A stretch of DNA of 64,000 nt from an uncultured Clostridium sp. (GTDB lineage: Bacteria > Bacillota > Clostridia > TANB77 > CAG-508): NCBI GenBank assembly GCA_948442365.1, contig CAOJRU010000003.1, positions 30,052-94,051 of the forward strand. Direction: 5' to 3'. A program made the position numbers and the translations under genes. Under the pieces are notes generated by a model. It searched no databases. It saw only the letters and a program-made list of their open reading frames with translations, and was not told the origin of the DNA. Shown here piece by piece: positions 30,162 through 38,620 of this stretch. How positions within the stretch are numbered: the stretch's first letter is position 1; every line of letters begins with the position of its first letter.

Positions 30162-30599
30162 ATGAATTTAATAGCAAAAACATTTGATGAATTAACTAAT
30201 AAAGAATTATATGAAATTTTAAAAGCAAGATCTGAAATATTTGTTATGGAACAAAATATTCATTATCAAGATATGGATAATATTGATTATACTAGTTTGC
30301 ATTGCTTTTTTATGGAAAATGGTAGAGTTATTTCCTATTTACGAGCATTTTATGAAAATAATACTAAAGATATTGTTAGAATAGGCAGAGTATTAACTCT
30401 AGTACATGGAAAAGGTATTGGAAAAGAATTGATGATGCAAAGTTTAGAAGCAATAAAATCAAAAATGGAATGCAAGAAAATAATTATGGACGCACAAAAA
30501 CACGCAGTAGGTTTTTATGAAAAATTTGGATTTATTACAACTTCTGATGACTTTTTAGAAGAAGGAGTAGCTCATCAAGTTATGGAATTGGATTTATAA
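30162..30599 (+). CDS. GNAT family N-acetyltransferase (ElaA-like)
   Basis: RIGRVLTLVHGKGIGKELM (acetyl-CoA binding Q/RxxGxG/A) and FYEKFGF motifs. Confidence 0.8.
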   Translation: MNLIAKTFDELTNKELYEILKARSEIFVMEQNIHYQDMDNIDYTSLHCFFMENGRVISYLRAFYENNTKDIVRIGRVLTLVHGKGIGKELMMQSLEAIKSKMECKKIIMDAQKHAVGFYEKFGFITTSDDFLEEGVAHQVMELDL

Positions 30600-30748
30600 C
30601 TCAAATTACAATTTTGGGGAGTGAAAAATTATGAGAGATGCAGAAAAAAACTATTGGAAATTTTAAATCAGAAGATATAGAAGTATAACAATAAATTACA
30701 GGAGTACGATTATGGATAATCTAAATATAAGAGAACTTAAAGAATTAG

Positions 30749-30777
30749 TAGACTTTTTAGGTCTTATATGGTATAAT
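30749..30777 (+). promoter_or_regulatory. promoter for rnpB
   Basis: TAGACT, 17-nt spacer, TGgTATAAT; places the start about 7 nt upstream of the P1 helix. Confidence 0.45.
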
Positions 30778-30784
30778 AATCAAC

Positions 30785-31128
30785 AGAGTAAATTGAATAG
30801 TCGCTGGTAAATTTCCGAAAGGAATTACGAGAGGAAAGTCCGGGCTTCATAGAGCAAAGATGCTAGATAACGTCTAGTGAGGGTGACCTTAAGGAAAGTG
30901 CAACAGAAAATAACCGCCAATTTTGGTAAGGGTGAAAAGGTGAGGTAAGAGCTCACCGCCATTATGGTGACATAATGGGTCAGTGTAAACCCCATCTGAA
31001 GCAACACCTAAATAGAAGATTAAGCCTGCTCGGCGCCTTCTAACTTGCGTGGCTAGAGGTATATAGCAATATATATCCTAGATAAATGACTATTTTAAAA
31101 GACAGAACCCGGCTTACAGATTTACTCT
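30785..31128 (+). ncRNA. rnpB: RNase P RNA, bacterial type B
   Basis: P1 pairing AGAGTAAAT/ATTTACTCT; universally conserved GAGGAAAGTCCGGGC (P4 5' strand) and ACAGAACCCGGCTTA (P4 3' strand); AAGGGTGAAAAGGTGAGGTAAGAGCTCACC; T-run after the 3' end. Confidence 0.93.
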
Positions 31129-31158
31129 TTTTTGTACATATAAAGGAAAAATAAGGAA

Positions 31159-32052
31159 GTGAAACCGATGAAAAAAATAGACTTTTTGGCAACCGATGGA
31201 ATCCTATTAAATGGACTAATCTATGAAAGCAAAGAAAAAACGAAAGATGTCATTTTATCAGTACATGGAATGGTAAGTAATTGTTTAAAAGAAAGAGATC
31301 AAATCATTGCTAGCAAAGTTAATGAAGTAGGAATTGACTATTTTTGTTTTAACAATAGAGGAAGCGAAATTGTAAAATACATAGAAAGAAACATAGAAGG
31401 GCAAGAAGAGGAAAAATTAGGAGGGACGGCTTACGAAGATGTTTTAGAAGGATATGAAGACATCGTAGGAGCTATTTTAAAATTAAAAGAATTGGGTTAT
31501 CAAAATATCTATTTACAAGGGCATAGCTTAGGATGTACCAAAATAGTGTATACCTACAACGAATTAAGGAAGGAAGAAAGTGAAAATATATTAGAAAACA
31601 TAAAAGGAATTATTTTACTTTCTTTAGTAGACATTCCAAATACATTAAAAATTTATTTAGGAGATAAATTTAGTAAATATTTAACATTAGCAGAAGAAAA
31701 AGAAAGAGAAGGCAAACAGTTAGAATTAATGCCGAGCAAGGCCTTTCTACATCCAATTAGCATTAAAACTTTTTTACGATATGCTCGAGACAACCATGAT
31801 ATTAATTTTGCAAACTATAGTGAAGATACAGAGCTTCAAATCTTAAATCGTATAACTATTCCACTATGGATGAGATGGGGAAATGTCAAGGAAATGATTG
31901 TGCAAGAGGCAGAAGAATTAGTTACTTTAGTAAATGAAAAAATAAAAAATGCCAATAAAGATATTGCTTATATAGAAGGAGCCAATCACAGTTATGAAGG
32001 AAAAGAAGAAATGGTAGCAGAGCAAATAATACAATTTATTAAGAAAAAATAG
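31159..32052 (+). CDS. alpha/beta hydrolase
   Basis: Nucleophile elbow LQGHSLGC; start GTG 31159 or ATG 31168. Confidence 0.65.
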   Translation: MKPMKKIDFLATDGILLNGLIYESKEKTKDVILSVHGMVSNCLKERDQIIASKVNEVGIDYFCFNNRGSEIVKYIERNIEGQEEEKLGGTAYEDVLEGYEDIVGAILKLKELGYQNIYLQGHSLGCTKIVYTYNELRKEESENILENIKGIILLSLVDIPNTLKIYLGDKFSKYLTLAEEKEREGKQLELMPSKAFLHPISIKTFLRYARDNHDINFANYSEDTELQILNRITIPLWMRWGNVKEMIVQEAEELVTLVNEKIKNANKDIAYIEGANHSYEGKEEMVAEQIIQFIKKK

Positions 32053-32080
32053 TTGAACGATGCGAAGGAGAAGAATACGA

Positions 32081-33361
32081 ATGAATGAAGAAATTACAAA
32101 AGCAAGAAAACAAAATATGAAAATCTATTCCATTTATCGAACTATTGGTCTAGATCTGATTTTTTATTATGCTATTGAATTTTTATTTTTAACACAAGTA
32201 AAGCATATTAGTAGTGCTGATATTGTTTTAGGTGCTAGTTTTTATGCTGTATTTATGATCATTTTTCAAATACCAGCTAGCGTGGTAGTAGATCGAATGG
32301 GAACAAGAAAATGTACCATTTTAGCTAATTTATTTAATATTATCTTTGTTATACTAATTATGTGCTGTAAAAATTTAGGGATGCTTATTTTTGCTCAATT
32401 TATTAGTGCAATTTGTTGTTCTCTAAAAGATATATCAGATACTACTCTAATTCGATATTCAATTCCAGAGACTAAGAAAAAAGGAGACATTTATTCAAAA
32501 TTAGAAGGAAAGGGACGTAGAAATTATTTTTTATTAAATGCTTGTACGTCTTTTTGTGCAGGATTTTTATATATTATCAATCCCTATATTCCAATGATAG
32601 CAAGCTTATGTTTTACAATAGCAGCCACTATAATATCATTAGGTTTTAGAGATATAGAAGAAGAAAAAAAGCAATCCAAAGAAAGAAAAGAAAAATTAAC
32701 GATTAAAAGCTATATGGAAGATTTAATGCAAAATATCAAATTTATTATAAAGTCTCAACGATTGAGGAGTTTGTTCCTATATGCTGGTATTACATGGGGG
32801 ATTTTTAGCTTAATGGGAACCTATCGAAACAGTTTATTAGTTGATATTGGAACACCAGAACAAATTATAACAATGATAACTGCTTATGTAGGAATTTTTT
32901 CTTCAATGGGTGCTAAAAAACAGGTTCAATTTCATAATCATTTTCGTAACCATTCCTTGTCAACTATTTTGTTAATGATAACATGTTCTATATTAATCAT
33001 GGGAACAATAGGAGCTATCAATATTTCTTATGAAGTAACGCTACTAGCAGTGGTTATTTGTTGTCCTTTTCTTCATATTTCAAAGGGAATGAGTGAGGTA
33101 TTAACACCAAGATATTTAGGGAATTTTGCAGACGAAAGAATATTGACACAAATTTATGCAGTTAACGCCATTAGTAGAAATATAGCAAGAGCAATTATTA
33201 GTTTTTTAGGTTCTTATTTATTACGAATAACGAATACAGCTAATAGTATGACAATTGTTGGAATTATATTATTAATTACGGTTCTAGGCTTAGTTAGTTA
33301 TATGAAAACTAGATTAGGATTAAAGCCAGAAGAATATAAAAAGGAAGAGATATTTGAGTAA
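32081..33361 (+). CDS. MFS-type transporter, paralog 1
   Basis: About 12 hydrophobic helices; DRMGTRK loop motif; tandem paralog of 33401..34663. Confidence 0.7.
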   Translation: MNEEITKARKQNMKIYSIYRTIGLDLIFYYAIEFLFLTQVKHISSADIVLGASFYAVFMIIFQIPASVVVDRMGTRKCTILANLFNIIFVILIMCCKNLGMLIFAQFISAICCSLKDISDTTLIRYSIPETKKKGDIYSKLEGKGRRNYFLLNACTSFCAGFLYIINPYIPMIASLCFTIAATIISLGFRDIEEEKKQSKERKEKLTIKSYMEDLMQNIKFIIKSQRLRSLFLYAGITWGIFSLMGTYRNSLLVDIGTPEQIITMITAYVGIFSSMGAKKQVQFHNHFRNHSLSTILLMITCSILIMGTIGAINISYEVTLLAVVICCPFLHISKGMSEVLTPRYLGNFADERILTQIYAVNAISRNIARAIISFLGSYLLRITNTANSMTIVGIILLITVLGLVSYMKTRLGLKPEEYKKEEIFE

Positions 33362-33400
33362 GAAAAAATAAGCTAGCATAGCAAAAGGAGAAACATACAA

Positions 33401-34663
33401 ATGAATCAAGAGATAACACAAGCAAGAAAACAAAATATGAAAATCTATTCATTATACAGAGCCATATCATGTGACATTATTTTTTATTATGCCATAGAAT
33501 TTTTATTTTTAACCCAAGTAAAACACATTAGCGGTTCTGACATTGTGTTAAAAGGTGCTTTTTATTCCATATTCATGATGCTACTTCAAATACCAGCCAG
33601 TATTGTAATAGACAAAATTGGAACTAGAAAAGCTACTATTTTAGCTAATATATTCAATGGATTATATATTCTATTAATTATGTGTTGTAAAAATTTACCC
33701 ATGTTAATTTTTGCAGAATTTATTAGTAGTTTATGTTTTTCATTAAAAGATATATCAGACACAGCTTTAATTCAATATTCGATTCCAGAAACAGATAAGC
33801 AAGGAGAAATATTTTCGAAGTTAGAAGCAAAAGGGAGTAAGGACTATTATGTAATCAATGCTATTACATTTATCAGCTCTGGCTTTTTGTATGTTATTAA
33901 TCCCTATATTCCTATGATAGGAAGTTTATGTTTTACCATACTAGCTACCTTTATGTCATTAGGATTCAGAGATATCAAAGAAGAGAAAAAAGAAACACAA
34001 GAAACACAACACTACATAAAAAATTTATGGGAAGGGATAAAATTTATAGCCAAATCACAACGATTAAGAAGTTTATTCTTATATTCAGGAATTGTTTGGG
34101 GCATTTTTTGTTTAATGGGAACGTATCGTTCTAGTATATTAGTAGATATTGGAACTTCTGAACAAATGATTACAATCATAGCAGCTATTGTATCCATAGC
34201 ATCTGCATTAGGAGCTAAAGGACAATTACAATTCCATAATTATTTCCGAAATAAATCATTATCAACTATTTTGTGGATTCTTACCTTATCTATTTTAATG
34301 GTAGGAATAACAGGAATTTTTAATATTTCGTATGGCATTACATTAAGTATTATAGTAATTGGCTTTATTTTAATAGAGTTTATAAAAGGAATCAGCCTAG
34401 TTTTAGCTACAAGATATTTAGGGAATTTTGCAGATGAAAGAATATTGACACAAATTTATGCGGTAAATGCTATCAGCAAAAATCTATTTAGGGCAATTAT
34501 TAGTTTTTTAGGTTCTTATTTATTAGGAATAACCAATACAGCCAATAGCATGACAATTGTTGGAATTATATTATTAATTACGGTTCTAGGCTTAGTTAGT
34601 TATATGAAAACTAGATTAGGATTAAAGCCAGAAGAATATAAAAAGGATGAGATATTTGAGTAG
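33401..34663 (+). CDS. MFS-type transporter, paralog 2
   Basis: Colinear with paralog 1; DKIGTRK loop motif; last ~98 nt of coding sequence identical to paralog 1. Confidence 0.7.
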   Translation: MNQEITQARKQNMKIYSLYRAISCDIIFYYAIEFLFLTQVKHISGSDIVLKGAFYSIFMMLLQIPASIVIDKIGTRKATILANIFNGLYILLIMCCKNLPMLIFAEFISSLCFSLKDISDTALIQYSIPETDKQGEIFSKLEAKGSKDYYVINAITFISSGFLYVINPYIPMIGSLCFTILATFMSLGFRDIKEEKKETQETQHYIKNLWEGIKFIAKSQRLRSLFLYSGIVWGIFCLMGTYRSSILVDIGTSEQMITIIAAIVSIASALGAKGQLQFHNYFRNKSLSTILWILTLSILMVGITGIFNISYGITLSIIVIGFILIEFIKGISLVLATRYLGNFADERILTQIYAVNAISKNLFRAIISFLGSYLLGITNTANSMTIVGIILLITVLGLVSYMKTRLGLKPEEYKKDEIFE

Positions 34664-34718
34664 GAAAAAGTAAAAAGCAATTAATTCAATAGTAGCTGAA
34701 AATGAAAGGAGAAATTTT

Positions 34719-35525
34719 ATGATTAGTCTTGAAAAAATACAGGATTTTAATTATGAAGGACAACGATTGCTATTTGAAAAATCAAAAAGATTGGAATATG
34801 AAAGATTTACCATCATGTTTATCGAAGAATTTGAGGATGATTATTTGAATTTAGCAATTAATATAAAATCTAAAAATGTAAAAGAATTTGAAGAAGATTT
34901 TATAAAGATAAAAGAAATAATGAATAAAAATAAAAGAAAAGCATCCATATTTATTAATAATAGGGAATTATTAAATACAGTAGATTTTAAAGCAAAAGGA
35001 CTTGAAATCTCAGATAATACGATATGGCTTATAAAAGAAGATGTAAAAGAATTTATAAAAATTAAGAGTATTTTTCCAATCGATATTGTAAAAATTGAAA
35101 ATAAGCAAGAAAAACAGATTTATCCATATTATGTGGAAAAAGGATTTACAAAAAAAGATGAAAAAGATCCTTATGACGGATTATCTAAAAGTGTGTTAGA
35201 AGCAATAAAAAGAAGTTGTTATAACCTAGCCAATAATAAATTTATTACGGAACATTATATAGCTAAATATAGGGAAGAGGTAGTAGGAACTATCACCATT
35301 ATGTATGAAAAAGAAATTGCTTACATATATAATATTACTACTAATATCAAGTATAGGAGAAGGGGAATTTGTAACCAATTAATGGCAACAGTATTAGAAA
35401 GATTAGCGAATCTAAATATAAATCAAGCAGTTTTACAAACGGAAAAAGGATTTTATCCAGAAAAGATCTATAAAAATATGGGATTTAAGGAATTATTTCA
35501 AGGCATAAAATATACAGAAATATAA
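34719..35525 (+). CDS. GNAT-domain acetyltransferase (C-terminal domain)
   Basis: YRRRGICNQLM and IYKNMGF motifs in the C-terminal half. Confidence 0.6.
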   Translation: MISLEKIQDFNYEGQRLLFEKSKRLEYERFTIMFIEEFEDDYLNLAINIKSKNVKEFEEDFIKIKEIMNKNKRKASIFINNRELLNTVDFKAKGLEISDNTIWLIKEDVKEFIKIKSIFPIDIVKIENKQEKQIYPYYVEKGFTKKDEKDPYDGLSKSVLEAIKRSCYNLANNKFITEHYIAKYREEVVGTITIMYEKEIAYIYNITTNIKYRRRGICNQLMATVLERLANLNINQAVLQTEKGFYPEKIYKNMGFKELFQGIKYTEI

Positions 35526-35596
35526 GAAAATATTAAAAAATTTAAAGGCACAATCTTAAATAGAAAAGATCAAGTGTCTTTTTATAGTCTTTTATC

Positions 35597-35678
35597 TTTA
35601 AGGTTGCCAATGGTTGTTTGTTTAGCAATCAATTTTCTATTAATGCCAAACAAACCTGGAAGCATTGGTAACCTTAAA
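35597..35678. repeat. imperfect long inverted repeat with a TTGCCAATGG core
   Basis: TTTAAGGTTGCCAATGG..TTGTTTG pairs with CAAACAA..CATTGGTAACCTTAAA. Confidence 0.6.
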
Positions 35679-35791
35679 AATAAAATTTTCAAAAAACCGT
35701 AACTTAAATTCTCAAAACTATAGACTTTTTCGTTTTTTTTCGATATAATAAGATAGGAAAAAATAGACTCATAAAAAGAAGAGGTAGAAAA

Positions 35792-36403
35792 ATGGAAAAA
35801 GAGAACACCTTAAATAAAACAATATATAATTTTTCAGAAAAAGCAGATACGATACAAACCATTATAATAGGGCTCATAGCTTTTTTAGTTCCCACCTTTT
35901 TAGCACAACTTATCCATATGGTATTTGGAGTACAAAGTATAATCGCAAGCCATTCACAACTAATCGTTGGAAGCCTTGTTAATACAGCACTAATACTAGC
36001 AGCTATTAACGTAAAAGGTTGGAAAAAAATAATAGGAATAATAACCATGCCCAGCATATCAACCATATTAAGTGGATATGTATTTGGAACGGCATCAATC
36101 TATATGTGTTATATGATACCAGCTATTTGGCTAGGAAATTTTGTTTTAATTTATGCTTATAAATTTATGATGTTAGGGAAAAAGCAAAACTATTTTTTAG
36201 CTGGAATCATAGGAAGTATAGTAAAAGTTTTAGTAATTTTTGGAAGTTTTGAGATACTAAATGTATTTAAAATTTTTCCATCAAAATTAGTAAATAACTT
36301 ACAAACGGCAATGGGAATGACACAATTCATAACAGCAGGAATAGGAATGATAATAGCTTTTGCAATATATCAAATAGAAAAAAGAAAACTAACAGAAGAA
36401 TAG
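35792..36403 (+). CDS. polytopic membrane protein (5-6 TM helices), possible vitamin/precursor transporter S-component-like
   Basis: Hydrophobicity pattern only; RBS GAGG. Confidence 0.45.
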   Translation: MEKENTLNKTIYNFSEKADTIQTIIIGLIAFLVPTFLAQLIHMVFGVQSIIASHSQLIVGSLVNTALILAAINVKGWKKIIGIITMPSISTILSGYVFGTASIYMCYMIPAIWLGNFVLIYAYKFMMLGKKQNYFLAGIIGSIVKVLVIFGSFEILNVFKIFPSKLVNNLQTAMGMTQFITAGIGMIIAFAIYQIEKRKLTEE

Positions 36404-36445
36404 AGAAAAAAGATAAATGTAGAATATTTTGGAGGTTGCATCAAA

Positions 36446-38443
36446 ATGTATGAAAGAAGTGCGATTGTTTTAGAAAGATATATGGAAAAAATCTTAAAAC
36501 TAAACAAAGACAATAATCTAAAGAAAAACAATGAAAATTACAACGAATTAATCGATGAAATAGAGAACTATCAAAATGTGACAGAAAAAGAACTAGAAGT
36601 CATACAAGAATTCGATGATATAGCAAAAGAAATAGAAAATTTACAAGATGAACAAGCAAAATTATACAAAGCCAATAAAAGGTTAGAAGAAGAAAGAGCG
36701 CAATTATTTACAGAATTAGGAGAAGAAGCCGAAGTATTAGAAATTAAATTAAAGAGAATTGAACAAAACTTAGAAAAAAACAATGAAAAATTAAGAGACA
36801 TCCGAATAGAATTCATCAAATTTCTAACAGACTTTTCACAAAAACAAATTAATCGAAACAAATGTGAAAAAGCTAGAAGAATAGGAGAAGCCAATCATAT
36901 TAGTTACATTGAAAAAATGAAAGCAGAATTTCAAGAAATCGATGTAAAAGATGTAGTAAGTTTAAAAGATTTTGTTAATTTTGAAAAAGAACAAGTAAGA
37001 CAAGAAGCCTTAAACATCATGATTAAAAATGGAAAAAGTGAAAAAATAACCTTTAATGAAGAAGTATTAAAAAGAGCGATAAAGACTAGAATTGACATTG
37101 CAGAAAAAGAAGCAGAATGTTATGTATTAGTTTATGATAAAATGAAAAAGCTATTAGCAGAGCCAGACAGTGAAGCGATTCGTTTAAATAAATACAAAAA
37201 AGCACTAAGAGATACCAGTGTAAAACTTGCTTTTTTAAAGGCAGAAAAAGAGTACATTGTAGGATTTTTAGACTATGAGAGAATGACAGCAATTAGTGGA
37301 CCACGTGTCCATAAAAGAATGATGATGGATGCTTGTAACAATTTTGAGTTAGACATTATGCAAATTGACAAATTATATGAATTAATAATGAGAGAAATCA
37401 ATAATAGGTCTACTAAAAAAGGATATAATCAATTATATAATAAAACCTATTTGATGCACATAGAGGACAAAGAAAAGAACTTTGAGCAAGAAGTAAACAA
37501 TGTTAATATCAGCACAGGAACGGTTATTAATTCAAACTATTGGAGAATAGAAGGAATCAAGAATATTTATAATGTATTCCAAGAAGAAGTATCTAAAAAA
37601 TTCAATAAAGACTTATCAGAATACAGAATTGATGATTTAGATGAATTGGAAGACATAAAAGAGATAAAACCAGTTGAAGAATACAAAAATCGTAGTAACC
37701 AGAAAAATGAAGATCATTATAAACAATTTAAGTATGATGAAAATGGTGATTATGATGAATATGACTACGAAGAAGAGAAAACCGTAGTAGAAGAAGTAAC
37801 ATATGATAATAACTATGAGAAAGAAGACAACGAAGAACCAGAAACCTATGGAGCTTATCAATATAAAATAGATGATTATAATTTTAAAAACAAATATGAG
37901 GAAGAGGAAGAAGAATACGAACCAGAAGAGGAAGAAAGCAATTATAATTATGAAGAGGATGACGAAGGGGAAGAAGAGAATTATCCATCTTATTCCAATC
38001 CATCTTATCAATATAATAGAAATGCTTACTCAGAAAATGAAGAACAGGAAGAAGAGGAAGAAGAAGAGTACCAAGAAAGTAATATTCAAGCAACCTACCA
38101 AGAAGACGATTACGAAGAAGACGATGAAGAATATGATGAATACTATGATGAGGAAGAAGACGACGAAGACGATGATTACAATACTTATGGTAATAGAAGA
38201 GATTATAACTATAACTCTAATACCTATTTAGAGGATGACGATGAAGATGACGAATATGAGAATATTTATGAGTATAATTATGATGATGACGAAGAAAAAT
38301 ATAGAAAACAACAATTAAAAAATAAAACGGTTATTTCTTTTGATGATGAAGAAAGTATTGATATGATTATAGCTAATAGTAGAAAGAAATCTAGCAATAG
38401 AAGAAATAATAAAGGGTTATTCAATAAACTGTTTAAAAAATAA
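36446..38443 (+). CDS. large coiled-coil protein with ~230-aa Asp/Glu/Tyr/Asn-rich C-terminal region, unknown function
   Basis: RBS GGAGG; N-terminal 400 aa heptad-like; residues ~410-640 extremely acidic with many Tyr; basic C-terminal end. Confidence 0.6.
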   Translation: MYERSAIVLERYMEKILKLNKDNNLKKNNENYNELIDEIENYQNVTEKELEVIQEFDDIAKEIENLQDEQAKLYKANKRLEEERAQLFTELGEEAEVLEIKLKRIEQNLEKNNEKLRDIRIEFIKFLTDFSQKQINRNKCEKARRIGEANHISYIEKMKAEFQEIDVKDVVSLKDFVNFEKEQVRQEALNIMIKNGKSEKITFNEEVLKRAIKTRIDIAEKEAECYVLVYDKMKKLLAEPDSEAIRLNKYKKALRDTSVKLAFLKAEKEYIVGFLDYERMTAISGPRVHKRMMMDACNNFELDIMQIDKLYELIMREINNRSTKKGYNQLYNKTYLMHIEDKEKNFEQEVNNVNISTGTVINSNYWRIEGIKNIYNVFQEEVSKKFNKDLSEYRIDDLDELEDIKEIKPVEEYKNRSNQKNEDHYKQFKYDENGDYDEYDYEEEKTVVEEVTYDNNYEKEDNEEPETYGAYQYKIDDYNFKNKYEEEEEEYEPEEEESNYNYEEDDEGEEENYPSYSNPSYQYNRNAYSENEEQEEEEEEEYQESNIQATYQEDDYEEDDEEYDEYYDEEEDDEDDDYNTYGNRRDYNYNSNTYLEDDDEDDEYENIYEYNYDDDEEKYRKQQLKNKTVISFDDEESIDMIIANSRKKSSNRRNNKGLFNKLFKK

Positions 38444-38446
38444 GAA

Positions 38447-38506
38447 ATAAAAGTATAAAAATTAGAAAAAGCGAATGGAAAGTAATTTTTATACTTTTAT
38501 TTTTTT
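38447..38506 (+). terminator. intrinsic terminator (18-bp AT-rich stem, T-run)
   Basis: ATAAAAGTATAAAAATTA ... TAATTTTTATACTTTTAT then TTTTTT. Confidence 0.6.
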
Positions 38507-38620
38507 ATAGTAGATATTAAGTAAAAAATTTAGTATCTCAAAAAAATTTACGTAAAAAACACAAACAAAAAGAATATATATGATATAATATAAAAAAATA
38601 AAAAAGTGGGGGAAAAAAGA

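Noticed and set aside
30825-31007. 60-aa minus-strand ORF
   Set aside because: It lies entirely inside the RNase P RNA gene. It has no RBS and its composition is GC-biased by the RNA.
37637-38231. Alternative-frame and antisense ORFs inside the acidic-protein gene
   Set aside because: They are artefacts of GAA/GAT-rich low-complexity DNA, with poly-Lys/Arg or Phe/Ile translations and no RBS.
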